Part shown: piece by piece, positions 9,814-19,819 of the stretch
Layout of the letters: each line of letters starts with the position of its first letter
How positions within the stretch are numbered: position 1 is the first letter of the stretch
DNA from: Escherichia phage ECML-10
Length of the DNA: 64,000 nucleotides
Strand: one strand, 5' to 3'
Sequence record: OL631479.1
The notes under the pieces: generated by a model
What the model saw: only the letters and a program-made list of their open reading frames with translations
What the model was told of the DNA's origin: nothing
Databases searched by the model: none
Position numbers and translations under genes: made by a program

Positions 9814-10530
9814 TTAGTTAACATCAATAGCACGACCAGACTGGTTGGCAATAGCCTCATCGTTGGAGGTAGCAATAACACCAGAGTATTCGCGCTCATC
9901 TGGAGCAAGCGTCCAGGTATTGCGGTTAATGGTTTGTTCTGCCTCAGTCATCAGCAGATCTTTATCCTGAGTCAACAGAGAGCCTACAGGGATCGGGTTT
10001 TCCATCTCAGGACCAGCATACTGGTTCCACCATGTGGCATCTCCGGTTCTAGGCAACCTGAAGTTGATCAGATAGTACAGTTTATTAGCCCACTTAATCC
10101 AACCCTCATCATCACAGAGAGAGGTTGTCCCAGAATCAGGCTGTGGGTAGGTGAACTGATCAAGACCTACGAAAGCCAGTCTTACAATCTCGTTCTCTTT
10201 GGTAACAACCTCAAAGAACGCTTGGTATGTTCTCGATCTTCGATCCATGGTAGACTGGAAGTTTATGATGTTTAGCACATCCGGCTCTTGTCTTGCCACT
10301 TCCATGATCTTGTTATCAAGAACAGTCTTCATGACCTTCTTACTGAGAAAGTCCATATAAGGGAAGCCAAACAACTCGTCAAAGTACCAGCTCCCCTTCC
10401 ACGTATTAAACCTCATCCACAAGCGCTGGCGCAGACTTACCTGGTTTGAATCTATCAACTCAAGACCTTTGTCTATCGCCAAATCGCCTGTCTGTGGGTC
10501 CATCAATATATCACTATAAAGCGTAGCCAT
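9814..10530 (-). CDS. Putative baseplate protein
   Basis: 238 aa ORF between spike-like protein and fibers. Confidence 0.35.
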   Translation of the reverse strand: MATLYSDILMDPQTGDLAIDKGLELIDSNQVSLRQRLWMRFNTWKGSWYFDELFGFPYMDFLSKKVMKTVLDNKIMEVARQEPDVLNIINFQSTMDRRSRTYQAFFEVVTKENEIVRLAFVGLDQFTYPQPDSGTTSLCDDEGWIKWANKLYYLINFRLPRTGDATWWNQYAGPEMENPIPVGSLLTQDKDLLMTEAEQTINRNTWTLAPDEREYSGVIATSNDEAIANQSGRAIDVN

Positions 10531-10542
10531 GAAAGCCCTCTA

Positions 10543-11220
10543 TTAGTGCGGTCCACTTGTCTCGCCATCAGGGCAAGAGTGGGTATGACCTTTATATTCT
10601 GCATAGAATGAATCCAAATCCACACCAGCAGCAGTTATAATTCTACCAGATGGGTCTATTGTGGCACCATTCATTCTGATATTTCCATCCACAGCAGCTC
10701 GCAAATTGGCAGCCCCGTTAGTGAAAGAAAACTCCCCACTGCTGTCGCACCGTAATGTCCCACCAGGTGTTTGAAGCTCAAAATCGCCAGAAGGTGTCAG
10801 TTTAAAATAAACCCTATCATTCCATAACTCTACGTTATCAGGATCGATCTGTAAAGCGTTTGAGTCTGAATGAACAGAGGTGATTGCCCACCCTGGAAAC
10901 AGGCCGTGAGTTTGTTGATCGTCGTTATTGTTTTCATTTCTCTCTGAAAACTGCAATCCTACAACATCTCCGGCCTTAATAGGAAGTGTTAACCTTGCCT
11001 TTCCGCTGTTTGCGGACATCACTTGGATTGGAACGTCATAGATAAGAGGGTATCTCTCCACATCTCCGTCATCAAACGTGGTTTCAGCTATTGGCTGCAC
11101 GGCTGCAGAAGGTATACTGTAGTCAACACTGACAACTCTGGCCCTGATACTTGTGTGGTAGTCCCTCATCATTTTTTCTATGAAGGATCTTACAGCAGCA
11201 TCTTTCCTATTTATTGCCAT
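10543..11220 (-). CDS. Putative baseplate central spike protein
   Basis: 225 aa; Gly/Asn-rich beta-helix-like repeats and C-terminal His/Cys cluster (GHTHSCPDGETSGPH). Confidence 0.35.
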   Translation of the reverse strand: MAINRKDAAVRSFIEKMMRDYHTSIRARVVSVDYSIPSAAVQPIAETTFDDGDVERYPLIYDVPIQVMSANSGKARLTLPIKAGDVVGLQFSERNENNNDDQQTHGLFPGWAITSVHSDSNALQIDPDNVELWNDRVYFKLTPSGDFELQTPGGTLRCDSSGEFSFTNGAANLRAAVDGNIRMNGATIDPSGRIITAAGVDLDSFYAEYKGHTHSCPDGETSGPH

Positions 11221-12224
11221 TATACCTCCTCAGTTTTGTCAACAACTCCACCCACTGTTTCCCCAAGGCCAAGCTCTGTAGTGTAATCACCTCCTTCTAT
11301 GGTGCCCTTATGATGCACCGTGATCACCTTATAGAATCCTGTATATTGCTTGCTTTTAAGATAAATAGTGGACTCTGGGAGGATAGCTCCGTTAAGGCAG
11401 GTGGTTACAGTAAGGCCAACATCCTCTCTCGGGTTTTTCTTTTTCTTTTTAGATGTCGAACCACCTTTGGCAGCAGCTTTAGCTTTTCGTTTTTTAGCAG
11501 GTTCTGGGTTTTTAGGGGTAGGCGATCCGTGCATCCCAGACTCTGCACTTATTTCAAACACAGAGTCTTTGAACCTTTTTCCAACCTTGGTCCAATACAA
11601 AGCTCCATCCTGAACGCTAAATGTGGAGTTGGTCAGCCTTGCAAACCTGCGGAGGTTCTCTGCAGTGTTTCCAGAGAAAGCCATAGAGTATTGCAAAGTC
11701 TGGTTTCCAAAACCAACAACCCTACCTTTTGGCAAGTTCATATCCTTCAGTAGGTCATTAAGCACAGAGTTCAGAGGTGTGCCTTTCTGATAAGATCTTG
11801 TGCTTTGGCACTTAATGATGTTCTCAGTACCATCCCCGAAGATGAACTTAGTTTTTCTGGTCGGACCTTCCCATCTGTCTTCAACAAACTCTACAGTTCC
11901 GGAGAATATCAACTGGTTCTCATCATCATAGCCAGCTTCAAACATAACTGCAAGGGCATCAGCCTGATGCATATCCAGATAGTTAACTGTATCGTCAGAC
12001 AGGTTGTAAACTGTCACATAACCTTTGTTTGGCTCTTTGGTATTGTCCTTTTGTATGTCAAACTCTATATTGGCGGCACCAGTGTCTGAGCTAACTTCAT
12101 AAACTCCGGAATCACTCTCCCCTTTCTTTTCAACAGATTTTGGGATATTGGTTTTTGATTTACCGCCATGCTCTACCGGACGACCAAACAATAATCGCCA
12201 TGTTCTACGTCTGTACTCTGCCAT
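11220..12224 (-). CDS. Putative baseplate/tail hub protein
   Basis: 334 aa with Lys-rich internal linker; position after tape measure. Confidence 0.3.
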   Translation of the reverse strand: MAEYRRRTWRLLFGRPVEHGGKSKTNIPKSVEKKGESDSGVYEVSSDTGAANIEFDIQKDNTKEPNKGYVTVYNLSDDTVNYLDMHQADALAVMFEAGYDDENQLIFSGTVEFVEDRWEGPTRKTKFIFGDGTENIIKCQSTRSYQKGTPLNSVLNDLLKDMNLPKGRVVGFGNQTLQYSMAFSGNTAENLRRFARLTNSTFSVQDGALYWTKVGKRFKDSVFEISAESGMHGSPTPKNPEPAKKRKAKAAAKGGSTSKKKKKNPREDVGLTVTTCLNGAILPESTIYLKSKQYTGFYKVITVHHKGTIEGGDYTTELGLGETVGGVVDKTEEV

Positions 12225-12604
12225 TATTCTAACCCTTGCTGTTCCTTGTAAAGATCAACCGGGGTGCCGTATACAAGTTGTAGCTCAGATCTCGCCCCAA
12301 GGTTATATCTTCCAACCCTACCCCAATATTGATCGTCTTTAAACGACAGCGCCATCAGTCTACCTTTCGGTAAATCATCTCTGTAATGCAGTCCGTCTAA
12401 AATATCTTGACAAGCTGTTACTTTTCTGGTTACTAAAGGGCTGTCACCTACTGGACCAAGAGATAACCACCAGGACTCATCCCTCTCATTCCATTGCATA
12501 CGCATTTCATACGTTTCATTGTCTAAAACAACACGCATGGTTTGATCAGGAAAGCCGTCAATGTCCCACACAAAGGTAATTATGCACCAATCTTTAAGCT
12601 CCAT
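12224..12604 (-). CDS. Hypothetical tail protein
   Basis: 126 aa ORF in baseplate block. Confidence 0.3.
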   Translation of the reverse strand: MELKDWCIITFVWDIDGFPDQTMRVVLDNETYEMRMQWNERDESWWLSLGPVGDSPLVTRKVTACQDILDGLHYRDDLPKGRLMALSFKDDQYWGRVGRYNLGARSELQLVYGTPVDLYKEQQGLE

Positions 12605-12616
12605 TATACGCTCTCC

Positions 12617-13501
12617 TTATTTCCCGTTAACTTTGTTGTAGTTTCCCTGCTCAGAGGGGACTATGGTAGAAGGTCTTCCATATTCCTGATAATACCAATC
12701 CGCAGCCGATTGGGTAACACCGTTTTCATCTGTCCACATCATAGATTTGTATGGCTGCCACTCCTCTGCAGCGTTTGTGGATGCAGTGTCTGCGAATGCT
12801 CCTGTGTCCCTCTTGTTACCCACGTTACTGCCATTCTTACAGTCGTTGACAGCACCTTTTTGCTGGGTTTTGCCTACTTTCTTAGGATTGCTGTATACAG
12901 TTGCATTAACAACCTTATTCAAGTAGAATGTGCGGAACTCTGTAAGCTCTACATCAAACACCATTGCAGCGCCTTCACCAACAGACTTGTTGGCAGAAAG
13001 ACTGGTTATGATGTAGTTCTCAAGAAGTCTCTCCTCGGTAACCAAAGAAACCAACTGTCGCTTATTGATAATCTCAGTCAAAGCCTCCAATGCAGCGCCT
13101 GGTCGCATAGATGCTGCAGGGTTTTTAGAGTCAGTATTCCTATCAATGTAGTTTTGCTCATAAATTATGTGTGGGGATGTATTTACCCTACCAGTAAAAG
13201 AAAATACACCATCTTTAATTACAGCGTGGTCTGACAGGGTAGATTTATCTTCCACCGCAAACCCAGTCTTATCAACAGAATGTTTGAAAGAGTAATTCTC
13301 AACCTGATCGAAGATAATGGCAAGATCGTTAGTAAAGTTTTTACCCTTCATCTCCGTATTGCGACCGCCATAGTTAAGACCGCTGACAAACATAGTGTAC
13401 TTTACATCGCTTTCAGTTTGCTGCTCTGCCTTTTCAGCCTTTGGAGATTTAACCTCTTGAGGCTTGTACAGGTCTTTTTCATCAACTATATTGCTTGGCA
13501 T
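12617..13501 (-). CDS. Hypothetical tail/baseplate protein
   Basis: ORF trimmed to ATG at 13501 (RBS GGAGAGG) because promoter -10 lies at 13535-13540. Confidence 0.3.
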   Translation of the reverse strand: MPSNIVDEKDLYKPQEVKSPKAEKAEQQTESDVKYTMFVSGLNYGGRNTEMKGKNFTNDLAIIFDQVENYSFKHSVDKTGFAVEDKSTLSDHAVIKDGVFSFTGRVNTSPHIIYEQNYIDRNTDSKNPAASMRPGAALEALTEIINKRQLVSLVTEERLLENYIITSLSANKSVGEGAAMVFDVELTEFRTFYLNKVVNATVYSNPKKVGKTQQKGAVNDCKNGSNVGNKRDTGAFADTASTNAAEEWQPYKSMMWTDENGVTQSAADWYYQEYGRPSTIVPSEQGNYNKVNGK

Positions 13502-13534
13502 AACCTCTCCAGGACACTCCGATACCATCTAGAT

Positions 13535-13563
13535 ATTGTATCATAAAATAGCCGTTTTTACAA
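13535..13563 (-). promoter_or_regulatory. Sigma70-like promoter (TTGTAA-N17-TACAAT)
   Basis: Minus-strand hexamers with 17-nt spacer upstream of 13501 start. Confidence 0.4.
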
Positions 13564-13566
13564 CAC

Positions 13567-13594
13567 CGATAAAATAAAGGGGGCCGGAGCCCCC
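13567..13594 (-). terminator. Rho-independent terminator after tape measure gene
   Basis: Minus-strand GC hairpin (GGGGGGCUCCGGCCCCC) followed by UUUUAUUUU. Confidence 0.5.
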
Positions 13595-13606
13595 CTGCAC
13601 AGTTTA

Positions 13607-15943
13607 TTACCAAAGGTCGGTAGACATGAAGTTGATATCTTTATTGTTCTCCCACTCAAGTTTTGCATCAAATATTTTGTTAAACTCACCCTCATCTATT
13701 GAAATCGTGATTTTCCCATCACTGATCTCTAAAGGTAGCATTTCCATAGTTCTTAATTGAGAAGCAAAACCAGGGCCACCCGGCAACGGAAGAGTCCCGC
13801 CCGGTAAGGTGTCCAAAGGATTAACAAACCCGTTACCTCCCGATATGATATCTTTGCGAATCATATCGCTGATAGTATCCAGCTGCTGATTTCTTTCACT
13901 TAGTGGGTTGTAACGGTCATTAAATAATTCCCCGGCGCTTAGTATTGTACCGATAATGCCCAGCTTACCGAGCAGACCAACTTTGCCACCAGGTGTCTTG
14001 AGGCCACCTCCACCTTTTCCTGCCGGAGCTCCACCACCAGATCCTTCTGTAGTAGCGGCACCCGCTGCTCCAGCTGCACCCCTTAGAGAGTTAAGGAATT
14101 TAAAGGTTTTTACAAGCATAGATGCCATGACAAAACCTTTTGTTAGGGCGTTGACGACCAGCATGATGGCAGCAGCAAACCCTGCCCATTTAGCATAGCT
14201 AAAGGTGTCATGAAGCTCTTCAGAATATTCCTTCGTCTTGGCTGTTATGAACCCCCATTTAATCCCCCATTCAAGGAAAAACATGCGGATCTTGACTATA
14301 GTGTTGTTTAGTTCACCAACTACCCAGTTAAGGCCTCTCACAAACCCGCTAACAAAATCACCAGAGGCATCCCACACAAATTGCAGAGTCTCACCAGTGC
14401 GGATTAGTGTATAATAGAACTCTGTTAGTTCGTCAGACCAACGGGTGAACAGTTTCTGACGAGTCAGTTCGATAAAGGTTTTCAGTCTGTTTTCTGCCAG
14501 CACGTTAGACTTCTGCATTCTTTCATAACCAGCTGCAGATGCCTCGTTCATGTACTTAGCCACATACTTCATGATCTTGGCTGTTTTAACCTCGCCTTTC
14601 TTCATCATATCCATGAACTGATCCATGGAGAGTTCAGAAAGACCAAAAGCCTCTTTGGTGGCCTTGATAAAAGGTTCGTATGCACCAGGCAATGCTTCAG
14701 CAAGCTGTTGCTTCAGTTCCTCGGACATTACTTGTCCCTTGCCAAGCATCTGTTGGATTGCCATAATACCGCGCTGGTATTTTACCTCATCGGCACCATA
14801 AGCAGCAGCATACTGGGAGTATGCAGAAAACAGCTCATGCACTTCCTGATTTGTCATCTGGTTTTTGGCGTTTACCGACATCTGGGCGTAACCTTGAAGA
14901 CCAGATTTGAGATCAAAACCAAGACGCATAGCCTCTTGCTGGACAAACGCAACCTCACTGTTGGCTTTGTTTGGATCTCCAGTAACAGCAGTAAGAGCAG
15001 CACTTGCCCCCTCCATCATGTGACCGGATCTGTTAACCGCAGCAAATCCAGAAAAAGCTGTATACGCAGCTGTTGCATTAATAACAGATCTACGTAAGTC
15101 TCTCATGGCATCGCCTAGTGTAAGCGTTTGACTGGTGGCGCTTTTAAACCCAGACTGCAGCGCTGACAGGTGGGCGTTAAAGGTTGACTTCTTCATCTCC
15201 CCGCGAGCAAACCTGGACTCTAACTCTGAGTATCCTGGCAAGCTTCCACGGAATCCGGCCCCATACTTGGCAGAAAGTCTTATCGCGGAGTTGTAGAGGT
15301 GGGTTCTCCTTGCCTCACGATCCGACATAAGCCTATTATCCATACCAGCTTTACTGTCTCTTCTTAGCTGTCTATGATAACGATTCATAGCGGCTGTCTG
15401 AGCTTTCACAAGGTTAGGGTCGGAAGCCACACCACCCATATTAGGGTTACCGGGGATATATTTGAAAGATTTGGCATTAGCCAAAACTCTTGCCTTAGGT
15501 GCCTTATAACCACCGTAAGACACTGGTGCAGATTTGGCAGCCTTTTTGGCCTCTTTAGCTTGCTGCTGGTAGAACTTACGCATCCTAGCCATTTCTGGAT
15601 TTTTAGCGGTAAGATTACCTACAGCTTGTTTACGTCTCGCATTCTCCCTACGTTCTATTGCAGCCCTTACTGCAGCCTCTTTCTTGGCCTGTGCTACGCT
15701 CTCTCTGTGCAGTTTAGCATTTGCCTGAGATTGCTGTCTGGCAACCCTCTGCATTGTCTGCTGGGTTTTAACAGCTACCGCCTGCCATCTACTCATGGGG
15801 TTGGCTGAGTTAAAATCCTCGCCCAGTTTCCTGAACTCCCTCCCAATACTGCGAATTTTCTCTACAGCTTTTTTGTAGGAGGAGTTCTCTATCTCAAAGC
15901 CAATCTTGTTGACTGTTGTGGCAACTATTTTGTTTGTAGCCAT
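13607..15943 (-). CDS. Tail tape measure protein
   Basis: 778 aa, coiled-coil-rich with Gly-rich segment (GGGAPAGKGGGGLKTPGGKVG); between chaperone ORFs and baseplate genes. Confidence 0.7.
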   Translation of the reverse strand: MATNKIVATTVNKIGFEIENSSYKKAVEKIRSIGREFRKLGEDFNSANPMSRWQAVAVKTQQTMQRVARQQSQANAKLHRESVAQAKKEAAVRAAIERRENARRKQAVGNLTAKNPEMARMRKFYQQQAKEAKKAAKSAPVSYGGYKAPKARVLANAKSFKYIPGNPNMGGVASDPNLVKAQTAAMNRYHRQLRRDSKAGMDNRLMSDREARRTHLYNSAIRLSAKYGAGFRGSLPGYSELESRFARGEMKKSTFNAHLSALQSGFKSATSQTLTLGDAMRDLRRSVINATAAYTAFSGFAAVNRSGHMMEGASAALTAVTGDPNKANSEVAFVQQEAMRLGFDLKSGLQGYAQMSVNAKNQMTNQEVHELFSAYSQYAAAYGADEVKYQRGIMAIQQMLGKGQVMSEELKQQLAEALPGAYEPFIKATKEAFGLSELSMDQFMDMMKKGEVKTAKIMKYVAKYMNEASAAGYERMQKSNVLAENRLKTFIELTRQKLFTRWSDELTEFYYTLIRTGETLQFVWDASGDFVSGFVRGLNWVVGELNNTIVKIRMFFLEWGIKWGFITAKTKEYSEELHDTFSYAKWAGFAAAIMLVVNALTKGFVMASMLVKTFKFLNSLRGAAGAAGAATTEGSGGGAPAGKGGGGLKTPGGKVGLLGKLGIIGTILSAGELFNDRYNPLSERNQQLDTISDMIRKDIISGGNGFVNPLDTLPGGTLPLPGGPGFASQLRTMEMLPLEISDGKITISIDEGEFNKIFDAKLEWENNKDINFMSTDLW

Positions 15944-15997
15944 GGTTTCCTCATAATAAAAAGGGCCAGATCCCAGAAAAGGAATCCGGCCCTTAGA

Positions 15998-16246
15998 TTA
16001 TCCTCTCCTGCGCTTAGCTTTCGCAGCAGCTGCGGCAGCCTTCTGCTCCCGCTCCATTTCCCTGTTTTGGACGGTATCTAGGAATTCTTCGATATCAAGA
16101 TACTCACAGAGCTTCAGGAAATACGCCATATCTGCAAGATTTAGCGATTCAAAATTTTCCCCTTTGAAATTCTTGAGCACCCTGCACCAAAGAAAGTCGA
16201 ACCAGTTGAGTGAACTGTTCTTGGCTGCCCACTCACTGGCCCTCAC
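15998..16246 (-). CDS. Putative tail assembly chaperone (small)
   Basis: 82 aa ORF immediately upstream of tape measure. Confidence 0.35.
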   Translation of the reverse strand: MRASEWAAKNSSLNWFDFLWCRVLKNFKGENFESLNLADMAYFLKLCEYLDIEEFLDTVQNREMEREQKAAAAAAKAKRRRG

Positions 16247-16257
16247 AACAACCTTGC

Positions 16258-16731
16258 TTATTCCTGCTCTTCCGGAGTCTGATCCAGGTTGTTCACCTGC
16301 TGAATCATACCCATCTGCTGTAACATCTCCAGAAGGCTTCCTAAACCGTCTTGTGTGAAAAAACAGCCGTAGTTAACCTCCAGAACCTTACCTGCCAGCT
16401 TAATCATCTCCAGCAGATGCCCTGCAAACACAACATCCGGGTTAAGCTTATCCACACCATCTACGGTAATATCTTCGAACAAGATTTTAAATAGCTCTTC
16501 AATAGAGTTATCATCAAGTTCTTGGAACAGGTAAGCCAGAGCTGTAGGAAGGACCTCTGCCATGTTCTGACCGCCTGAGATAATAGATCCACCGATAGCA
16601 CCTAGCGGGACAGCCACAATCTTACCGATTTTAGGCATGTTTTTCATTGCTTTCATCGGTCCCCAGTGGGTGATCACAAAGTTGTGCCCTGCTAAATCAA
16701 TCTCTGTTGTAGGTCTAAAGTTTATAGCCAT
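16258..16731 (-). CDS. Putative tail assembly chaperone
   Basis: 157 aa acidic ORF between tube and tape measure genes. Confidence 0.35.
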   Translation of the reverse strand: MAINFRPTTEIDLAGHNFVITHWGPMKAMKNMPKIGKIVAVPLGAIGGSIISGGQNMAEVLPTALAYLFQELDDNSIEELFKILFEDITVDGVDKLNPDVVFAGHLLEMIKLAGKVLEVNYGCFFTQDGLGSLLEMLQQMGMIQQVNNLDQTPEEQE

Positions 16732-16774
16732 TTTATAGCATCCTTATTAGTCATGTTGTGCACCATATTTGTGT

Positions 16775-16803
16775 ATTTTACCATGATTATGGTGCATTGT
16801 CAA
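16775..16803 (-). promoter_or_regulatory. Sigma70-like promoter (TTGACA-N17-TAAAAT) flanked by inverted repeats
   Basis: Minus-strand hexamers upstream of 16731 start; GCACCAT / ATGGTGC inverted repeats flank the -10. Confidence 0.45.
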
Positions 16804-16852
16804 TTTAACCTTTCAAGCAATTCAAGAACGTGTGTCAAAACCATAAAAGCAA

Positions 16853-16884
16853 AAAGCCCCACCCGAAGGTGAGGCTTATGCTAA
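16853..16884 (-). terminator. Rho-independent terminator after tube gene
   Basis: Minus-strand 8-bp stem with UUCG tetraloop (GCCUCACC-UUCG-GGUGGGGC) followed by UUUUUGCUUUU. Confidence 0.6.
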
Positions 16885-16893
16885 AGTGTGCCC

Positions 16894-17367
16894 TTAGATA
16901 ATACCTGCAAGACCTGCGAGGCCAGTAAGAGCACCAGTGATGTTATCACGGTTGAGCCATGCATCCAGAATACCGATATCCCAGTCCAGCTGACCTACTT
17001 CGGTTCCGTAAGTCAGGTCAGGCTGTTTCTGGATCCAACCAATTGTGGAAATACCAGGGCCCTGGCTACCTTCCAGCAGAACCGGGAAGAATACCAGGCC
17101 AGTAATCGATGCCTGTTTCTGCCAGTCAGAAAGGTAAGCGTTCCATACAGAAGTGTTCTGCAAAGATACAGTCATAACACCAGATTGGTTACGAGACAGG
17201 GCAGCAGACATTTCGCCATCCACACCAACGTGAGGGTAGATGTTGTCTTCGTTTCTTGAAACAACGATCTTGGTGTCAGCAGCGAAGCCAGTGACACGCT
17301 GCTGCATCAGATACAGTTTGACCTTTTTAGGATCATAAGCATAAGGAGTTAAAATTTGAGTTTCCAT
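16894..17367 (-). CDS. Putative tail tube protein
   Basis: 157 aa ORF directly downstream of the putative sheath gene and followed by a strong terminator. Confidence 0.5.
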   Translation of the reverse strand: METQILTPYAYDPKKVKLYLMQQRVTGFAADTKIVVSRNEDNIYPHVGVDGEMSAALSRNQSGVMTVSLQNTSVWNAYLSDWQKQASITGLVFFPVLLEGSQGPGISTIGWIQKQPDLTYGTEVGQLDWDIGILDAWLNRDNITGALTGLAGLAGII

Positions 17368-17377
17368 CTAGTCTTCC

Positions 17378-18754
17378 TTATTCAGTCATTGCAACAGCAT
17401 TGGTGGATTTAGAACCAACTTTGTCCAGAAGGACGTTGATCCGGATACGAACGAAGTGCAGGGCGTTGTTATACACCAGTTCTACTTTCACACCTTCCAG
17501 AACACGAGCAGCCAACTGATTGGTTGGAATCTCTGCACGTTTAGGAACTGTGATGATCGGGTCGTAGAACACATTGTTGTCTTCGTCAAAACCTGTCAGG
17601 ATCGCACCATTCTTAATGCCAGTGTTGATTGGGTTGTTCATCAGGACAGACTTGATGACCGGAAGATCATCATCAGACATCTTCATGCTTAAACCCATGT
17701 TGGAGCGACGATGCATGTACCCAAACATAGATTCTTCAGATCTGAACTTGATCCAGTGTGCAAAACGAATAGCGTCTGCATACTGACCTGAAGCACACTT
17801 ACCTTCCCAGAAAGCGCCAACACCGTTAATCATTCTGTAGAAGTTAACGTGGTTTTCCCAAATAGCCATACGCTGAGTTAAAGTCAGAGACGGTGCAATC
17901 ACACCTGGCATCTGTTTTAAGTGCAAGCTGTCGCCGTAGGACGGATCGTTGGATGCCATAGCACCTATGATACCACCCTCCGGGAAGTCCTTATCTGCAC
18001 GAGGATCGTACATGCCAACACTGTCATATTGTGCAGCTTTCAGTTTGGTAGCGATGTTACTATCTTTGCCAGTCACATCTTCTGCAGTAGAGTAGACGTG
18101 CAGCTTGTAGTTGGCCTGAGCCCACTTAGCACATGCTTCAATGTCGGTGTGGTCTTCATGGCACAGGAAGTACCAATTGTCCCGCTCAGCATTGATCTTA
18201 TCAACTACTGTAGAAGGTTTTTCAGCATTGGCGATATTTTTAATTGTATAGTTACCAGTATGATAACCTACAGTGCAGTCACCAGTGATGGTGATAACAC
18301 CGTCTTCAGCCGCTACAGTGATATCGTCCAAGTTATCATCTGCTTCGATTTTAGTCTTCATGGACTCTGCGATCTGAGTTGCAGCTGTCCCACCAGAGAT
18401 AGGAACTATCAAAGAGGTATTGTAGCCACCTTTTGCAATAGTCATTACTACATCGGTATCAGCTGCGGCAGCAATACCTTTAAAATCTACAGTGGTTTTT
18501 TCTTTGGCCTGTCTGCCGATCATAACATATTGTGGAGGGAATACACCACCAAAAGCTTTTGCTGCAAACTCATACGCTGCAGAGCCTTGTGCGAAACCAT
18601 CTTCCACCATCTGATCCAGCTCCGCATATACGCGAGCTCGCTCAGTAAAGTTGTTGTGGATAGCGATGAACAGGGGAGTTTCGAAACCTACAGTGTCAAT
18701 AGGTTGGGTTCCGAGGTTAACTGTAACATCTACCACTTTATCTAAATATGGCAT
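17378..18754 (-). CDS. Putative tail sheath (major tail) protein
   Basis: 458 aa; sheath-tube-chaperone-tape measure gene order typical of contractile tails. Confidence 0.5.
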   Translation of the reverse strand: MPYLDKVVDVTVNLGTQPIDTVGFETPLFIAIHNNFTERARVYAELDQMVEDGFAQGSAAYEFAAKAFGGVFPPQYVMIGRQAKEKTTVDFKGIAAAADTDVVMTIAKGGYNTSLIVPISGGTAATQIAESMKTKIEADDNLDDITVAAEDGVITITGDCTVGYHTGNYTIKNIANAEKPSTVVDKINAERDNWYFLCHEDHTDIEACAKWAQANYKLHVYSTAEDVTGKDSNIATKLKAAQYDSVGMYDPRADKDFPEGGIIGAMASNDPSYGDSLHLKQMPGVIAPSLTLTQRMAIWENHVNFYRMINGVGAFWEGKCASGQYADAIRFAHWIKFRSEESMFGYMHRRSNMGLSMKMSDDDLPVIKSVLMNNPINTGIKNGAILTGFDEDNNVFYDPIITVPKRAEIPTNQLAARVLEGVKVELVYNNALHFVRIRINVLLDKVGSKSTNAVAMTE

Positions 18755-18826
18755 TTGTTTCCTCTTAATATCTGTGCACGGATATCAAACACGCAGTGTA
18801 ATCATTACACTACACAATTATAACGA

Positions 18827-19378
18827 TTACTGACCACTGTCTGTAACCGATTTATCAGAATTGGGTGAAGGGAAGTGTGTGGTTATTTCAGCCTTAATTC
18901 CCTGAAGATCCTCAAAAGCCCCAATGTCTGTCTCAACAAACCTTACGTTAAATGTCAGCATTACCGTGGCTCTATTTTCATACGTCTGCTTATTCAACGG
19001 CACTCTTTGAGGTGAGATTGTTGAATTGTTAGAGTAGGCAAAGCACGATCCCAGAGGGAAATACTTGTCATAAAACATTGGAAGGTTTATTGCTTGCAAT
19101 ACTCTGCTAAGTGCAGCATATGCCCTGCCGCGATAAGCTGTTAACAGATAAGTAACAGTGTAACTGTGGGTGACGTAAGCATTACCTTCCGCATCTTGAA
19201 ACTCATTATCTTCCCAAGTGGTGGGATTGATCGCCAGGGTTTGCAAAAGTACAAACTCACCTTCCGGCTTCGGTATGGTAGAGCTTTCTGCCAGAACTAC
19301 AGTTCTTCCTGTGGCAACCTTGACAAGCTTAGCGATGGTTGTTTCAAGATCAGAAAAAACTTTTTCGAAAGCTTCCAT
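18827..19378 (-). CDS. Hypothetical neck/tail-completion protein
   Basis: 183 aa ORF between capsid and tail genes. Confidence 0.3.
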   Translation of the reverse strand: MEAFEKVFSDLETTIAKLVKVATGRTVVLAESSTIPKPEGEFVLLQTLAINPTTWEDNEFQDAEGNAYVTHSYTVTYLLTAYRGRAYAALSRVLQAINLPMFYDKYFPLGSCFAYSNNSTISPQRVPLNKQTYENRATVMLTFNVRFVETDIGAFEDLQGIKAEITTHFPSPNSDKSVTDSGQ

Positions 19379-19803
19379 CAGTTTTCTCCTTCAGGCTCTT
19401 CTACCACAAAAAATCTATATCTTCCACCACCAGACGTGACATAAGCATCACATTTTAAAACGGTAAACCACTTCAGGTCACCACGGATGTCAGGCAGTTG
19501 AATTTGATCAGCCATTGCATATGTTCCTTCGTCTGGACTATACAACTTGGTTGAGGAGTAAACTGTAAAAGCCTCGTACTGTCTGTCACCCTCAGGATTT
19601 ATCTGGGAGGAGTAATCTTTAGCTGCCCTTCCTGTCAACGGCTGCACAACACACTCTAAGACATCAAACTCTTCATACTCAAGTTCTAACCCCTCGTTGG
19701 CAAAAGGGCCACCAACTGTTTTGTTATACACTCTGTGGCGACCTTTGAATGTTTTACGAGGTATTAGTCTGTTCTTTCCTATCAGCTTATAACCTGCTGC
19801 CAC
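19378..19803 (-). CDS. Hypothetical head-tail joining protein
   Basis: 141 aa ORF, start overlaps stop of upstream gene. Confidence 0.3.
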   Translation of the reverse strand: MAAGYKLIGKNRLIPRKTFKGRHRVYNKTVGGPFANEGLELEYEEFDVLECVVQPLTGRAAKDYSSQINPEGDRQYEAFTVYSSTKLYSPDEGTYAMADQIQLPDIRGDLKWFTVLKCDAYVTSGGGRYRFFVVEEPEGEN

Positions 19804-19819
19804 TCAACCCCCCTTATTT

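Noticed and set aside
17921-18745. 274-aa plus-strand ORF antisense to the putative sheath gene
   Set aside because: Fully contained within the minus-strand 458-aa gene, which has a proper start/RBS and sits in a co-oriented operon; the antisense translation is Cys/Phe-rich and implausible.
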